Shown one piece after another: positions 1 through 8,152 of a DNA stretch of 47,561 nucleotides. Positions within the stretch are counted from its first letter, which is position 1; each line of letters starts with the position of its first letter. Origin of the DNA: an uncultured Clostridia bacterium (GTDB taxonomy: Bacteria; Bacillota; Clostridia; UBA1381); NCBI GenBank assembly GCA_934481375.1, contig CAKSPN010000001.1:1-47561 (forward strand), read 5' to 3'. Position numbers and translations under genes: made by a program. Below the pieces are notes generated by a model. The model saw only the letters and a list, made by a program, of their open reading frames with translations. It did no database searches and was not told where the DNA came from.

Positions 1-65
1 CAACAGACCCAAATTGTGTCTCAATCTGAAATCTCCTGCTGAAATATTGCACTTGACTTGACAAT

Positions 66-136
66 CTACCCGATGCCTTCATCGCCCCGCAAAATATGCA
101 AACAAAAACGGCAGGAGACAAGCCCCTGCCCTACGG
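66..136. repeat. Family-1 composite intergenic repeat (module A variant + module B)
   Basis: Module A variant CTACCCGATGCCTTCATCGCCCC (66-88) and module B CGGCAGGAGACAAGCCCCTGCCCTACGG (109-136). Same A-then-B order as the copy at 42921-43001. Lies just past the 3' end of comM. Confidence 0.8.
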
Positions 137-149
137 CGTGCAGATACCG

Positions 150-1682
150 TTATTCAAAAAATTTTCGGTCTAAACTCCTGTACTGTATCGCCTCGGCGAT
201 GTGCGAAACGGTGATATTTTCCGACTCCTCAAGGTCGGCGATTGTGCGTGCAACCTTGAGTATTCTGCCATGCGCACGTGCGCTCAATCCGAGACTGTTA
301 AATGCGTTTTTTAAAAGCTCGTTTTCCGCTTTGCCTATTTTGCAGAATTCGTCGAGCATACCTGCGGTAAGCTGAGAATTGGAATAAATATTAAGCCCCT
401 TATACCGTTCAATCTGAATTTTGCGTGTTTTATTAACACGCTTTTTTATTTCTGCGCTTGTTTCGCCCTTTTTTCCCGAACTTAAGTCGCTGTAATTCAC
501 GCCCGTCACCTCAACCTGAATATCAATTCTGTCGAGGAGCGGTCCCGAAATTTTACTTCTGTATCGGCTTATCTGCGACGGCGTGCAGGTGCATTTGCGG
601 CGGCTGTCGCCGAGGTAGCCGCACTTACAGGGATTCATACTCGCCATAAGCATAATATTGCAGGGGTATGTAAGCATAGCGTTTACGCGCGAGATAGTCA
701 CTTTGCCGTCCTCAAGCGGCTGGCGCAGAACCTCAAGCACGTTTCTGTTAAATTCGGGCAGTTCGTCAAGGAAAAGTATGCCGTTGTGCGCAAGCGACAA
801 CTCGCCGGGTCGGGGTATTGTACCGCCGCCGGTAAGACCTGCCGCCGAGATTGTATGGTGCGGACTGCGGAACGGACGTTCCGAAACAATCGGCTGTTCG
901 GGCGACAGAACGCCTGCGATCGAATGAATTTTTGTAACCTCCATAGACTCGTCAAACGACAAATCGGGTAGTATTCCGCTCATACGCTGTGCGAGCATGG
1001 TTTTTCCCGTGCCGGGACTGCCTATCAAAAGTACGTTGTGATTTCCTGCGGCGGCAACTTCAAGCGCACGCTTGATGTTTTCCTGCCCCTTTACATCGCA
1101 GAAATCGAGAGCGGACAGACTCCGCTGTGAAAAATATTCTTCAAGGTCGACGGTGTGCGGCGCAAGGGGCGTTTCGCCCGAGAAATGCTTGCATATATCC
1201 TGCAGATTTTTTGCCGGATATACGCTTATCCCCTCCACCACCGCCGCCTCGTTTGCGTTTTCAAAAGGAACAAACACCTTTTTAAACCCTTGCTCGTATG
1301 CCGAGATAACTCTCGGCAAAACGCCGGGGACGGCGTTTATAGAGCCGTCGAGCGACAGCTCGCCTATAAACATAGTCTTTTCGGGGTCGGAAATTTCTAT
1401 CTGTTCCGTGGCGGAGAGGACGGAAATCGTTATGGGAAGATCGTATCCCGAACCCTCCTTTCGCCTGTTTGCCGGTGCGAGGTTTACGGTCACACGCTTT
1501 GACGGAAACCGCAGTCCCGAATTTTTGACGGCGGCACGCACACGCTCTTTTGCCTCACGCACCGTTGCGTCGGGGAGTCCCACTATTTCAAAGGAAACAA
1601 GCCCGTTTGATATGTCTGTCTGCACGCAGACGGGAAACCCGTCAATACCTTTAAGACCGCAGGAATATATTTGTGACAACAT
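150..1682 (-). CDS. comM: YifB/ComM family Mg-chelatase-like AAA+ ATPase
   Basis: N-terminus MLSQIYSCGLKGIDG is typical of the family. Walker A GSPGTGKT and Walker B ILFLDE are present. The ORF-track start at 1697 is a TTG. I prefer ATG 1682, which has GGAG 9 nt upstream and lies 4 nt after the tcdA stop. Confidence 0.9.
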   Translation of the reverse strand: MLSQIYSCGLKGIDGFPVCVQTDISNGLVSFEIVGLPDATVREAKERVRAAVKNSGLRFPSKRVTVNLAPANRRKEGSGYDLPITISVLSATEQIEISDPEKTMFIGELSLDGSINAVPGVLPRVISAYEQGFKKVFVPFENANEAAVVEGISVYPAKNLQDICKHFSGETPLAPHTVDLEEYFSQRSLSALDFCDVKGQENIKRALEVAAAGNHNVLLIGSPGTGKTMLAQRMSGILPDLSFDESMEVTKIHSIAGVLSPEQPIVSERPFRSPHHTISAAGLTGGGTIPRPGELSLAHNGILFLDELPEFNRNVLEVLRQPLEDGKVTISRVNAMLTYPCNIMLMASMNPCKCGYLGDSRRKCTCTPSQISRYRSKISGPLLDRIDIQVEVTGVNYSDLSSGKKGETSAEIKKRVNKTRKIQIERYKGLNIYSNSQLTAGMLDEFCKIGKAENELLKNAFNSLGLSARAHGRILKVARTIADLEESENITVSHIAEAIQYRSLDRKFFE

Positions 1683-1686
1683 TTTT

Positions 1687-2385
1687 TCATTCTCCAATCA
1701 AATCTTTTATTACCTCAGAGGCAATGGCAAAGCCTGCGGCGGGCGGAACAAACGCAACGCTTCCGGGAAGATGCCGTCCGTTTTCCTCGATAACCTTTTC
1801 AAGCTTTATGCTTTCCTCTTTTGAATATACCACCTTAAGCTTTTTAACGCCCCTTGCCTTAAGCTCTCTGCGCATAACACGCGCGAGGGGGCAGACGGAG
1901 GTTTTGTATATATCGGATATTTCAAAGCGCGTGGGATCAAGCTTGTTTCCCGTACCCATAGAGCTTATTACCCGAACGCCCGAGCGGTACGCACGGGTGA
2001 TTATTTCAAGCTTTCCCGTAACGGTGTCGATAGCGTCTATAACGTAATCAAACTCGGAAAAATCCATTTCCGTTTCGGGCATAAAGAATATTTTGTGCGC
2101 CGTAACCGCTGCATCGGGGTTTATATCCTCAATCCGCTCCTTGACGGCGTCGGCTTTGTATCTGCCGATGGTGCTTGTAAGCGCAATTATCTGCCTGTTT
2201 ATGTTAGATACCGATATGGTGTCGTTGTCTATTATATCTATCTTCCCCACGCCGCATCGGGCAAGCGCCTCGGCGGCGTATCCGCCCACTCCGCCCACGC
2301 CGAATATTGCAACGTGCGAATTTTTTAATTTTTCAAGCGCCGCCTCGCCGAGAAGCATTGCCGTTCTTTGAAATTTTTCGTCCAT
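1687..2385 (-). CDS. tcdA: tRNA threonylcarbamoyladenosine dehydratase (ThiF/MoeB-family E1-like)
   Basis: Rossmann motif VAIFGVGGVGGYAAEAL followed by IDNDTISVSNINRQ. The ~230 aa size fits TcdA/CsdL. GGAGG RBS upstream of ATG 2385. Confidence 0.85.
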   Translation of the reverse strand: MDEKFQRTAMLLGEAALEKLKNSHVAIFGVGGVGGYAAEALARCGVGKIDIIDNDTISVSNINRQIIALTSTIGRYKADAVKERIEDINPDAAVTAHKIFFMPETEMDFSEFDYVIDAIDTVTGKLEIITRAYRSGVRVISSMGTGNKLDPTRFEISDIYKTSVCPLARVMRRELKARGVKKLKVVYSKEESIKLEKVIEENGRHLPGSVAFVPPAAGFAIASEVIKDLIGE

Positions 2386-2529
2386 AAGTCCTCCGAAGAA
2401 AAAATTTATACTATAAATTTACATCAATTATCATACTTTGTCAAGGCTATATTGCGGTCTTTGGCTTTATGCCTGTTTTGATATAGTAAAATAAGGCAGA
2501 ATTTTTTACATTTTTGTGCAAAATATATA

Positions 2530-2558
2530 TTGAAAATACCTGCCATAAAAAGTATAAT
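2530..2558 (+). promoter_or_regulatory. Sigma-A-type promoter candidate for the beta-helix protein gene
   Basis: TTGAAA (2530-2535), 17-nt spacer, TATAAT (2553-2558), about 65 nt upstream of ATG 2622. Confidence 0.5.
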
Positions 2559-2621
2559 ATATTTGATTATGGCGGTTTAGCGCCGCATAATTGGAAAAAC
2601 ACTAAAAAGGAGAACGAGAAA

Positions 2622-4931
2622 ATGAAAATCAAAAAGTTTTTATCATTGCTGACAGTTGCTACAATGATGCTCACAACTTGCTCCGTTACAGCTTTGGCAG
2701 CCGACGGCGATGTTGCGCAGATTGGCAAAAATACATATGCAACATTGTATGACGCTGTAGATGCGGCAAATAGCGGAGACACAATCAAGCTTATCGGCGA
2801 TGCCGAAAACACAAAGCAATTATTAATAGGCAAGAATATTACTCTTGACTTAAACGGCAATAAGTTAAAATCCTCAAACGAAGAAGTCAAAAACATCTTC
2901 ATTGAGGGCGGAAAGTTTACGTTAACCGACAGTGTCGGAGGCGGAGAAATTTATTCCGATACCAAGTATACCGCTGCAGCAAGCCACGGTGTTATAGCTA
3001 TACAAAACGGCGAAATGATTATGAACGGCGGAACAATCAGAGCAGCCTTTGATGATCCGTATAATAACGGTAATTTTGCCGTTACCGTGCAGGACAATGC
3101 GACTTTTACTCTCAATAACGGTACAATCAATGCCGGATATTATTGTGTATCGGGAAACGGCACTTGCACAAATACAGTTATTAACGTAAACGGCGGTGAA
3201 ATGTATTCAACAATGGACTTTGCCATATATGCTCCGGCAAAGGGCGACAGTTCGGTAAACGTTACCGGCGGAACAGTAGCCGGCGCAGGCGGCGGCATTG
3301 CAGTGAGAAGCGGTAAGCTTAACGTTATCGGCGGCGAAATTTTATGCGATGGAACGGGAAACACCGGTAACTATGACGACGGAACGGGAAAAATGGATAT
3401 TTCCGCAATAAGCGTTGTATCAAATTACGGTGACGTCGACGCTAACATTTCGGGCGGCAAAATAATGGCTAAAGGTAACGCAAAGGTTCTCAATGTGGTA
3501 GCTCCTAAAAATACAGCCGATATGACTGTAACAGGCGGAACGTTTAGCACAGACGTAAGCGCATATGCTCCGGCAGACGCTGACATAAAAACAAACGCTG
3601 ACGGCTCAATTGTAGTTAATCCTGTTGCCGAAATAAACGGAGACTACTACTCAGCATTACAGTATGCGTTTGATGCTGCCTCAGATAACGATACGGTTAC
3701 GCTTACGGCAGATACCGATATAACAGGCGTCGGTGCAGAATTCAACAGCAAAACAATAACGCTTGACCTTAACGGACGCAACATAAAAACAGCTCACAAT
3801 CCCGACAGCACAATTAATGTAACCTATGGTTCTCTCACACTTAAAGATACACAGGGAACAGGTGAAATTTACTCTGTACCGAACGGCAGAAACTGGCCTG
3901 TAATCAACCTTTATAACTCTAATTTTGAAATGCTCGGCGGTAACATAGATGTTTCCCAAACAAACGATCCCGTAAATATGGGAAGCACTGCAATAGGCGC
4001 ATGGGTCGATTCAAATGTAATAATAACCGGCGGTAAAATCACGGCAGGTTGGTACTGCGTGGCAACAAACGGCTCTTTGGAAGGTGTTAATGACGGCAGA
4101 AACGCAACTATAACAATAAACGGCGGTACATTAATTTCAACAGCGGACTTTGCTGTTTATGCTCCGGCATACAACGGTAAAGTTACAATAACCGATGGTA
4201 CAATAACCGGCGCAGGCGGCGGTATTGCTATCAGACGCGGCAATCTTAACATTACCGGCGGCGTAATTACCTCGGAGGGAACAGGAGATACAGGTAACTA
4301 TGACGACGGAACAGGAAAAATGGATCTTTCCGCAGTAAGTATTGTATCAAATTACGGTGATATTAAAGCTACAATTTCCGGCGGTACAATAACGGCTAAG
4401 AAAACACCGAAAAACGCAAAAGTTCTTAATGTAGTATCTCCTAAAAATAGTATTGATCTTACTATCACAGGCGGAAGCTACAGCATAGACCCGAGTAAGT
4501 TTATCGACAGCGATAAGTACGCATCGGTAAAGGGCGAAACCTTATACACAGTTGAGGAACGTAACGAAAGCGTTTCCGACATAGCTGTAATGACAGAGAA
4601 GAGCAAGACAGTAGACGGAGAAAAGATATATCCGATAACAATCTTCTCGGGTCTTAAATATCTTGACTACAAGAACGCCGGTTTTGAAGTTACGGCAGAC
4701 GGCGAAAAGAAGAATGATATTACAACAACAACCGCTTACAACCAGATAAAGGTAGGCGAAACCACATATGACAAAACAAACTTTAATAACAGCAGTTATG
4801 TGTTCGGTGCAATCCTTAATCTTAAGGAAAGCGATAAGACTATCAAATCATTAATAATAAAACCTTTTGCAACAACACAGAACGGCAATAAGATTTACGG
4901 TACAGAAAGAACAGTAACTATCAGTGAATAA
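2622..4931 (+). CDS. Secreted repeat protein, predicted right-handed beta-helix, with internal tandem duplication and C-terminal beta-sandwich-like domain
   Basis: Start moved to ATG 2622 (RBS AAAAAGGAGAA). Signal peptide MKIKKFLSLLTVATMMLTTCSVTALA. Many GGxI/NGGT turns of the kind seen in beta-helix proteins. Two homologous ~300-aa halves. I see no LPXTG, SLH or cohesin/dockerin motif. Confidence 0.8.
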   Translation: MKIKKFLSLLTVATMMLTTCSVTALAADGDVAQIGKNTYATLYDAVDAANSGDTIKLIGDAENTKQLLIGKNITLDLNGNKLKSSNEEVKNIFIEGGKFTLTDSVGGGEIYSDTKYTAAASHGVIAIQNGEMIMNGGTIRAAFDDPYNNGNFAVTVQDNATFTLNNGTINAGYYCVSGNGTCTNTVINVNGGEMYSTMDFAIYAPAKGDSSVNVTGGTVAGAGGGIAVRSGKLNVIGGEILCDGTGNTGNYDDGTGKMDISAISVVSNYGDVDANISGGKIMAKGNAKVLNVVAPKNTADMTVTGGTFSTDVSAYAPADADIKTNADGSIVVNPVAEINGDYYSALQYAFDAASDNDTVTLTADTDITGVGAEFNSKTITLDLNGRNIKTAHNPDSTINVTYGSLTLKDTQGTGEIYSVPNGRNWPVINLYNSNFEMLGGNIDVSQTNDPVNMGSTAIGAWVDSNVIITGGKITAGWYCVATNGSLEGVNDGRNATITINGGTLISTADFAVYAPAYNGKVTITDGTITGAGGGIAIRRGNLNITGGVITSEGTGDTGNYDDGTGKMDLSAVSIVSNYGDIKATISGGTITAKKTPKNAKVLNVVSPKNSIDLTITGGSYSIDPSKFIDSDKYASVKGETLYTVEERNESVSDIAVMTEKSKTVDGEKIYPITIFSGLKYLDYKNAGFEVTADGEKKNDITTTTAYNQIKVGETTYDKTNFNNSSYVFGAILNLKESDKTIKSLIIKPFATTQNGNKIYGTERTVTISE
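2712..4500 (+). repeat. Intragenic tandem duplication (unit 1 2712-3623, unit 2 3624-~4500)
   Basis: Protein halves align from VAQIGKNTYATLYDAVDAANSGDTIKL / VAEINGDYYSALQYAFDAASDNDTVTL to GNTGNYDDGTGKMDISAISVVSNYGD / GDTGNYDDGTGKMDLSAVSIVSNYGD. At DNA level the 3' parts (about 3340-3540 vs 4270-4480) are much more similar than the 5' parts. Confidence 0.85.
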
Positions 4932-4946
4932 GGAGGCGGCGCAATA

Positions 4947-5123
4947 ATGAGAACATATATAAAACCTGAAATGACTCTTTGCGCATTTGACGCAGAGGAC
5001 ATTATAAGAACAAGCGGAGAGCGTGTAGGAATGGCTTTGGATGAGATTTATGATGTAACCGGCGAGGGCGCAAACATCAACTTTGCAAACGGCACAGACA
5101 TAACAATCAATCCGTTTAACTAA
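4947..5123 (+). CDS. Small acidic protein, 58 aa (below the ORF-track cutoff)
   Basis: Strong RBS AAGGAGG (4930-4936) lies 10 nt before ATG 4947. Hand translation: MRTYIKPEMTLCAFDAEDIIRTSGERVGMALDEIYDVTGEGANINFANGTDITINPFN, stop TAA 5121-5123. A terminator follows directly. Confidence 0.6.
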   Translation: MRTYIKPEMTLCAFDAEDIIRTSGERVGMALDEIYDVTGEGANINFANGTDITINPFN

Positions 5124-5136
5124 AACATAAAAAGCA

Positions 5137-5169
5137 AGGGGCTGTTGCAAAAAACAGCTCCTTTGTTTT
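5137..5169 (+). terminator. Rho-independent terminator
   Basis: AGGGGCTGTT-gcaaaa-AACAGCTCCT (one G:U pair) followed by TTGTTTT. Confidence 0.75.
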
Positions 5170-5189
5170 AACGGAAAGGGACAAACATA

Positions 5190-5660
5190 ATGTTAAGAAA
5201 ATTAATCTTGCTCCGCTTTGCCGAGCAGACAATCATCTGCGGAATACTGTCGTTTATATGCTCGCTCGTGTTTATGTCCGGCAAAGTACGGCTGACGGTA
5301 TTCAACTGCACAATGATTTTGTTTGCGGCAAGTATACTGTTCATCGTTGTGAACTCATATCTCTTGTGGCAATGCTATGTGGATATAAGCGACGCCAAGG
5401 CATATCTCAAGGTAAACCTCGGCGGATACGCCGTCTTTGCCGCTTTTAGTATGATTGCCGTTTTTATACTGCCGTCTGCGGAATACACGTGGGTTTTCGG
5501 CATAACAAAGCTGTGGGCGATTGCGTTCGGGTATTCGTTATCCAACCGATTGTCGGCAGTGATTTTTCACCTTATAATGCTCCTTATCGTGGCGGTATCG
5601 CCCGTGTTTATGAAACTGGTGAAAAAGGGCGTTAAATTTTACGATGACTGCGGAGAGTAA
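5190..5660 (+). CDS. Integral membrane protein, unknown function (about 5 TM)
   Basis: 156-aa ORF made of hydrophobic helices. RBS AAAGGGA upstream. No recognisable motif. Confidence 0.65.
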   Translation: MLRKLILLRFAEQTIICGILSFICSLVFMSGKVRLTVFNCTMILFAASILFIVVNSYLLWQCYVDISDAKAYLKVNLGGYAVFAAFSMIAVFILPSAEYTWVFGITKLWAIAFGYSLSNRLSAVIFHLIMLLIVAVSPVFMKLVKKGVKFYDDCGE

Positions 5661-5681
5661 AAGCTGAAAGGAATAAAAATT

Positions 5682-6347
5682 ATGAAAAAGATTTTAAGTA
5701 TACTGCTTGCCGTTCTTTTAACAAGCACGGCGGTATTTGCGGACGGTATGACGGTTGACGATAACGCCGCGCTTCCCGAATTTGATTTGGAAAGCATAAC
5801 AAAAAGCAACCCGTTTACCGATGTAAAGGAAAGCGACTGGTTCTGTAGCGGCGTTAATTTTGCATACAAAAACGGGATTATGAGCGGAACGGACGAGGGC
5901 GTGTTTTCGCCTTACGAAAGCCTTACCCGTGCTATGATGATAACCATGCTCTACCGCAAGGACGGCTCGCCCGAAAGTGCGGCGGCTGATTTTAGCGATG
6001 TTTTGCCCGGGAGCTGGTACGAAAAAGCCGTAGGCTGGGGAAATGAGAAGAAAATCGTTTCCGGCACGGGTGAGAAAACTTTCTCCCCGACCGACAGCAT
6101 AACACGTGAACAGCTTGCCGTAATGCTTTACAATTACGCAAAAGCAACCGCAAAAAATCTCCCCGAAAAGGGCGATCTCGCGACCTTTGCCGATTATAGT
6201 GACGTTTCCGAATGGGCGGCTGAGGCAATGGGATATATTGTCGGCGCAGGAATTATCGGCGGCAGCGAGAATAACTCGCTTTTGCCGAAAAATACCGCAA
6301 CAAGAGCCGAGGCGGCAGTAATGTTAAGCAGATTTTTCAGCGAATAA
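5682..6347 (+). CDS. S-layer homology (SLH) domain protein, three SLH repeats
   Basis: Signal peptide MKKILSILLAVLLTSTAVFA. Three SLH-type repeats: FTDVKESDWFCSGVNFAYKNGIMSGT, FSDVLPGSWYEKAVGWGNEKKIVSGT and FADYSDVSEWAAEAMGYIVGAGIIGG, each followed by a TR.. .. ML segment. Confidence 0.85.
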   Translation: MKKILSILLAVLLTSTAVFADGMTVDDNAALPEFDLESITKSNPFTDVKESDWFCSGVNFAYKNGIMSGTDEGVFSPYESLTRAMMITMLYRKDGSPESAAADFSDVLPGSWYEKAVGWGNEKKIVSGTGEKTFSPTDSITREQLAVMLYNYAKATAKNLPEKGDLATFADYSDVSEWAAEAMGYIVGAGIIGGSENNSLLPKNTATRAEAAVMLSRFFSE

Positions 6348-6359
6348 CCGCTGTTTTAA

Positions 6360-6392
6360 CCACCGCAGACAAAATGTTTGCGGTGGTTTTTT
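6360..6392 (+). terminator. Rho-independent terminator
   Basis: CCACCGCA...TGCGGTGG stem followed by TTTTTT, directly after the SLH gene stop. Confidence 0.75.
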
Positions 6393-6455
6393 GTGCGGAC
6401 GGCGTTTGCATTTTGCTGAACCGCATTTCGGGTCGATGAGAGCATCGACCCCTAC
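6393..6455. repeat. Family-1 intergenic repeat (linker + module A)
   Basis: GGGTCGATGAGAGCATCGACCCCTAC (6430-6455), preceded by a GCATTTTGC...CCGCATTTC linker similar to those at 40531-40560 and 42946-42974 (reverse orientation). Confidence 0.8.
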
Positions 6456-6533
6456 CGGTAATTGTTCGCATTTGCGAAAACCGAAAAATGCGCCGCACGG
6501 GGCAAAAAAAACCGCACCTGCGGTGTTTTTTTA

Positions 6534-6562
6534 TTGCAAACACAGCCTTTTTGTGATATACT
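6534..6562 (+). promoter_or_regulatory. Sigma-A-type promoter candidate for the metF operon
   Basis: TTGCAA (6534-6539), 17-nt spacer, TGA-TATACT extended -10 (6554-6562). Confidence 0.5.
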
Positions 6563-6615
6563 AAATGAAAATGGGCGCATTATGCCCGACCGCAGAAAAC
6601 AATTGGAGGGTCGCT

Positions 6616-7500
6616 ATGAAAATTACAAATCTGCTCAAAGAAAAAAAGTTTTCGCTGTCTTTCGAGATTTTTCCGCCCAAGACCGACGCCGCATATGACA
6701 GTGTGAAATACGCCTCGGAGGAAATTGCAAAGCTTAATCCGTCATTTATGAGCGTCACCTACGGCGCAGGCGGCGGCACAAGCAAATACACGCTCGAAAT
6801 GGCGAAAAACATAAGCGATACATACAACGTTCCGTCAATTGCGCACCTTACGTGCGTATCGTCCACCGAGCAAACGGTGCATACTATGATAAACCGCTTT
6901 AAGGACGCAGGAATTGAAAACATAATGGCGTTAAGAGGCGATATTCCGCCCGAAATGATGAACAGTGACAGGAGCGGCTGGCATTTCCGCCATGCAACCG
7001 ATTTGATTTACGAAATCAAAAAAATAAGCTCCGATTTCTGCATAGGCGGTGCGTGCTATCCGGAGGTTCACCCCGAAAGTGCGGACAGCCGTGACGATAT
7101 TCTTCACCTCAAAGAAAAAGCAGAGGCAGGCTGTGAGTTCTTTACCACGCAGATGTTTTTTGACAACAACCTCCTCTACAGATTTTTATACAAAATCCGT
7201 GAAGCAGGCATAACAGTGCCCGTAATCGCAGGTATTATGCCCATAACACGTGCAAACCAGGTTGAGCGTGCAATCAAGCTTTCAGGCTCGTTTATGCCGC
7301 AGAGGTTCAAGAGCCTTATCGACAAGTTCGGCGCATATCCCGACGCAATGAAGCAAGCCGGCATTGCATACGCAACCGACCAGATAATAGATTTATACGC
7401 AAACGGAATAACGCACGTACACGTCTATTCAATGAACAAACCCGACGTGGCGGCGCAGATTAAGAATAATTTATCGGATATATTGGGAAAAGATGCTTGA
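6616..7500 (+). CDS. metF: 5,10-methylenetetrahydrofolate reductase
   Basis: FSLSFEIFPPKTD and SVTYGAGGGT motifs typical of MTHFR. Start moved to ATG 6616 (GGAGGG RBS 6605-6610). Confidence 0.9.
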   Translation: MKITNLLKEKKFSLSFEIFPPKTDAAYDSVKYASEEIAKLNPSFMSVTYGAGGGTSKYTLEMAKNISDTYNVPSIAHLTCVSSTEQTVHTMINRFKDAGIENIMALRGDIPPEMMNSDRSGWHFRHATDLIYEIKKISSDFCIGGACYPEVHPESADSRDDILHLKEKAEAGCEFFTTQMFFDNNLLYRFLYKIREAGITVPVIAGIMPITRANQVERAIKLSGSFMPQRFKSLIDKFGAYPDAMKQAGIAYATDQIIDLYANGITHVHVYSMNKPDVAAQIKNNLSDILGKDA

Positions 7501-8149
7501 TAAGATTTTTGTGAAATTTTACGGCGATCTGCCGTACAACAGAAAAGAAATACTCCGCTATGCCGGCGTGAAAGAGGAGTCGGAGGAAATAGGTGCGCTT
7601 TTGGACGAATGTATCGGCGAATACAGCGCCTCGTTCAAGGTGTGCTACCGTGAATTTCCCGTTTCGCTTAACGGCGAAACGCTCGACCTCACGTTTGCAA
7701 AAACGGACAGCAAATCGCTCAAAATAAACTTAAACGGCTGTGACAGCATAATACTTTTTGCCGCAACGGCAGGCATTGAAACCGACAGGCTGATTGCCAA
7801 GTATGCTAAAATTGCGCCGTCAAAATCGGTTATATTCCAGGCGATAGGCACGGAGCGCATAGAAACGCTGTGCAATGCGTTTTGCGACGATTTTGCGGCG
7901 GAACTTTCGGGGAAATACACACGTCCGAGATTTAGTCCCGGCTACGGAGATTTACCGCTTGAATTGCAGAAAAATATTTTTTCCGTGCTTGACTGCCACA
8001 GAAAAATCGGCATTTCGCTTAACGACAACCTGTTTATGTCACCGTCAAAATCGGTTACGGCGATAATGGGAATAAGCAACACAAACTGCAGAAAACGCTC
8101 CGAAATGTGCGAATACTGCGAAAAAACAGACTGTAAACTGCGGGGGTAG
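7493..8149 (+). CDS. Stand-alone methionine synthase reactivation (AdoMet-binding) domain protein
   Basis: RPRFSPGYGDLPLELQ core resembles the MetH C-terminal activation domain. ATG overlaps the metF stop. Position between metF and a metH that lacks this domain. Confidence 0.75.
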   Translation: MLDKIFVKFYGDLPYNRKEILRYAGVKEESEEIGALLDECIGEYSASFKVCYREFPVSLNGETLDLTFAKTDSKSLKINLNGCDSIILFAATAGIETDRLIAKYAKIAPSKSVIFQAIGTERIETLCNAFCDDFAAELSGKYTRPRFSPGYGDLPLELQKNIFSVLDCHRKIGISLNDNLFMSPSKSVTAIMGISNTNCRKRSEMCEYCEKTDCKLRG

Positions 8150-8152
8150 GTT

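Noticed and set aside
1072-1824. 250-aa plus-strand ORF overlapping comM and tcdA
   Set aside because: It is antisense to two recognisable genes and crosses their junction. Its translation is Ser/Arg/Phe-rich with no motif.
2514-2621. N-terminal extensions proposed by the ORF track (2514, 6565, 13983, 21780, 21884, 27242, 30400, 43929, 13905, 11973)
   Set aside because: In each case an internal ATG or GTG with a proper GGAGG-type RBS gives the canonical N-terminus of the family. The extension covers promoter or terminator DNA, or begins at a non-ATG codon without an RBS.
6497-6531. Second terminator-like element AAAAAAAACCGCACCTGCGGTGTTTTTTT
   Set aside because: The stem is only 5-6 bp with a 2-4 nt loop. 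It may be a weak bidirectional terminator, but I do not consider it well enough supported to list as a feature.
6348-6615. SAM-I (S-box) riboswitch or T-box upstream of metF
   Set aside because: The region is occupied by a terminator, a family-1 repeat and a promoter-like element. None of the conserved S-box or T-box segments is visible, and the leader is too short. An Infernal scan would settle it.
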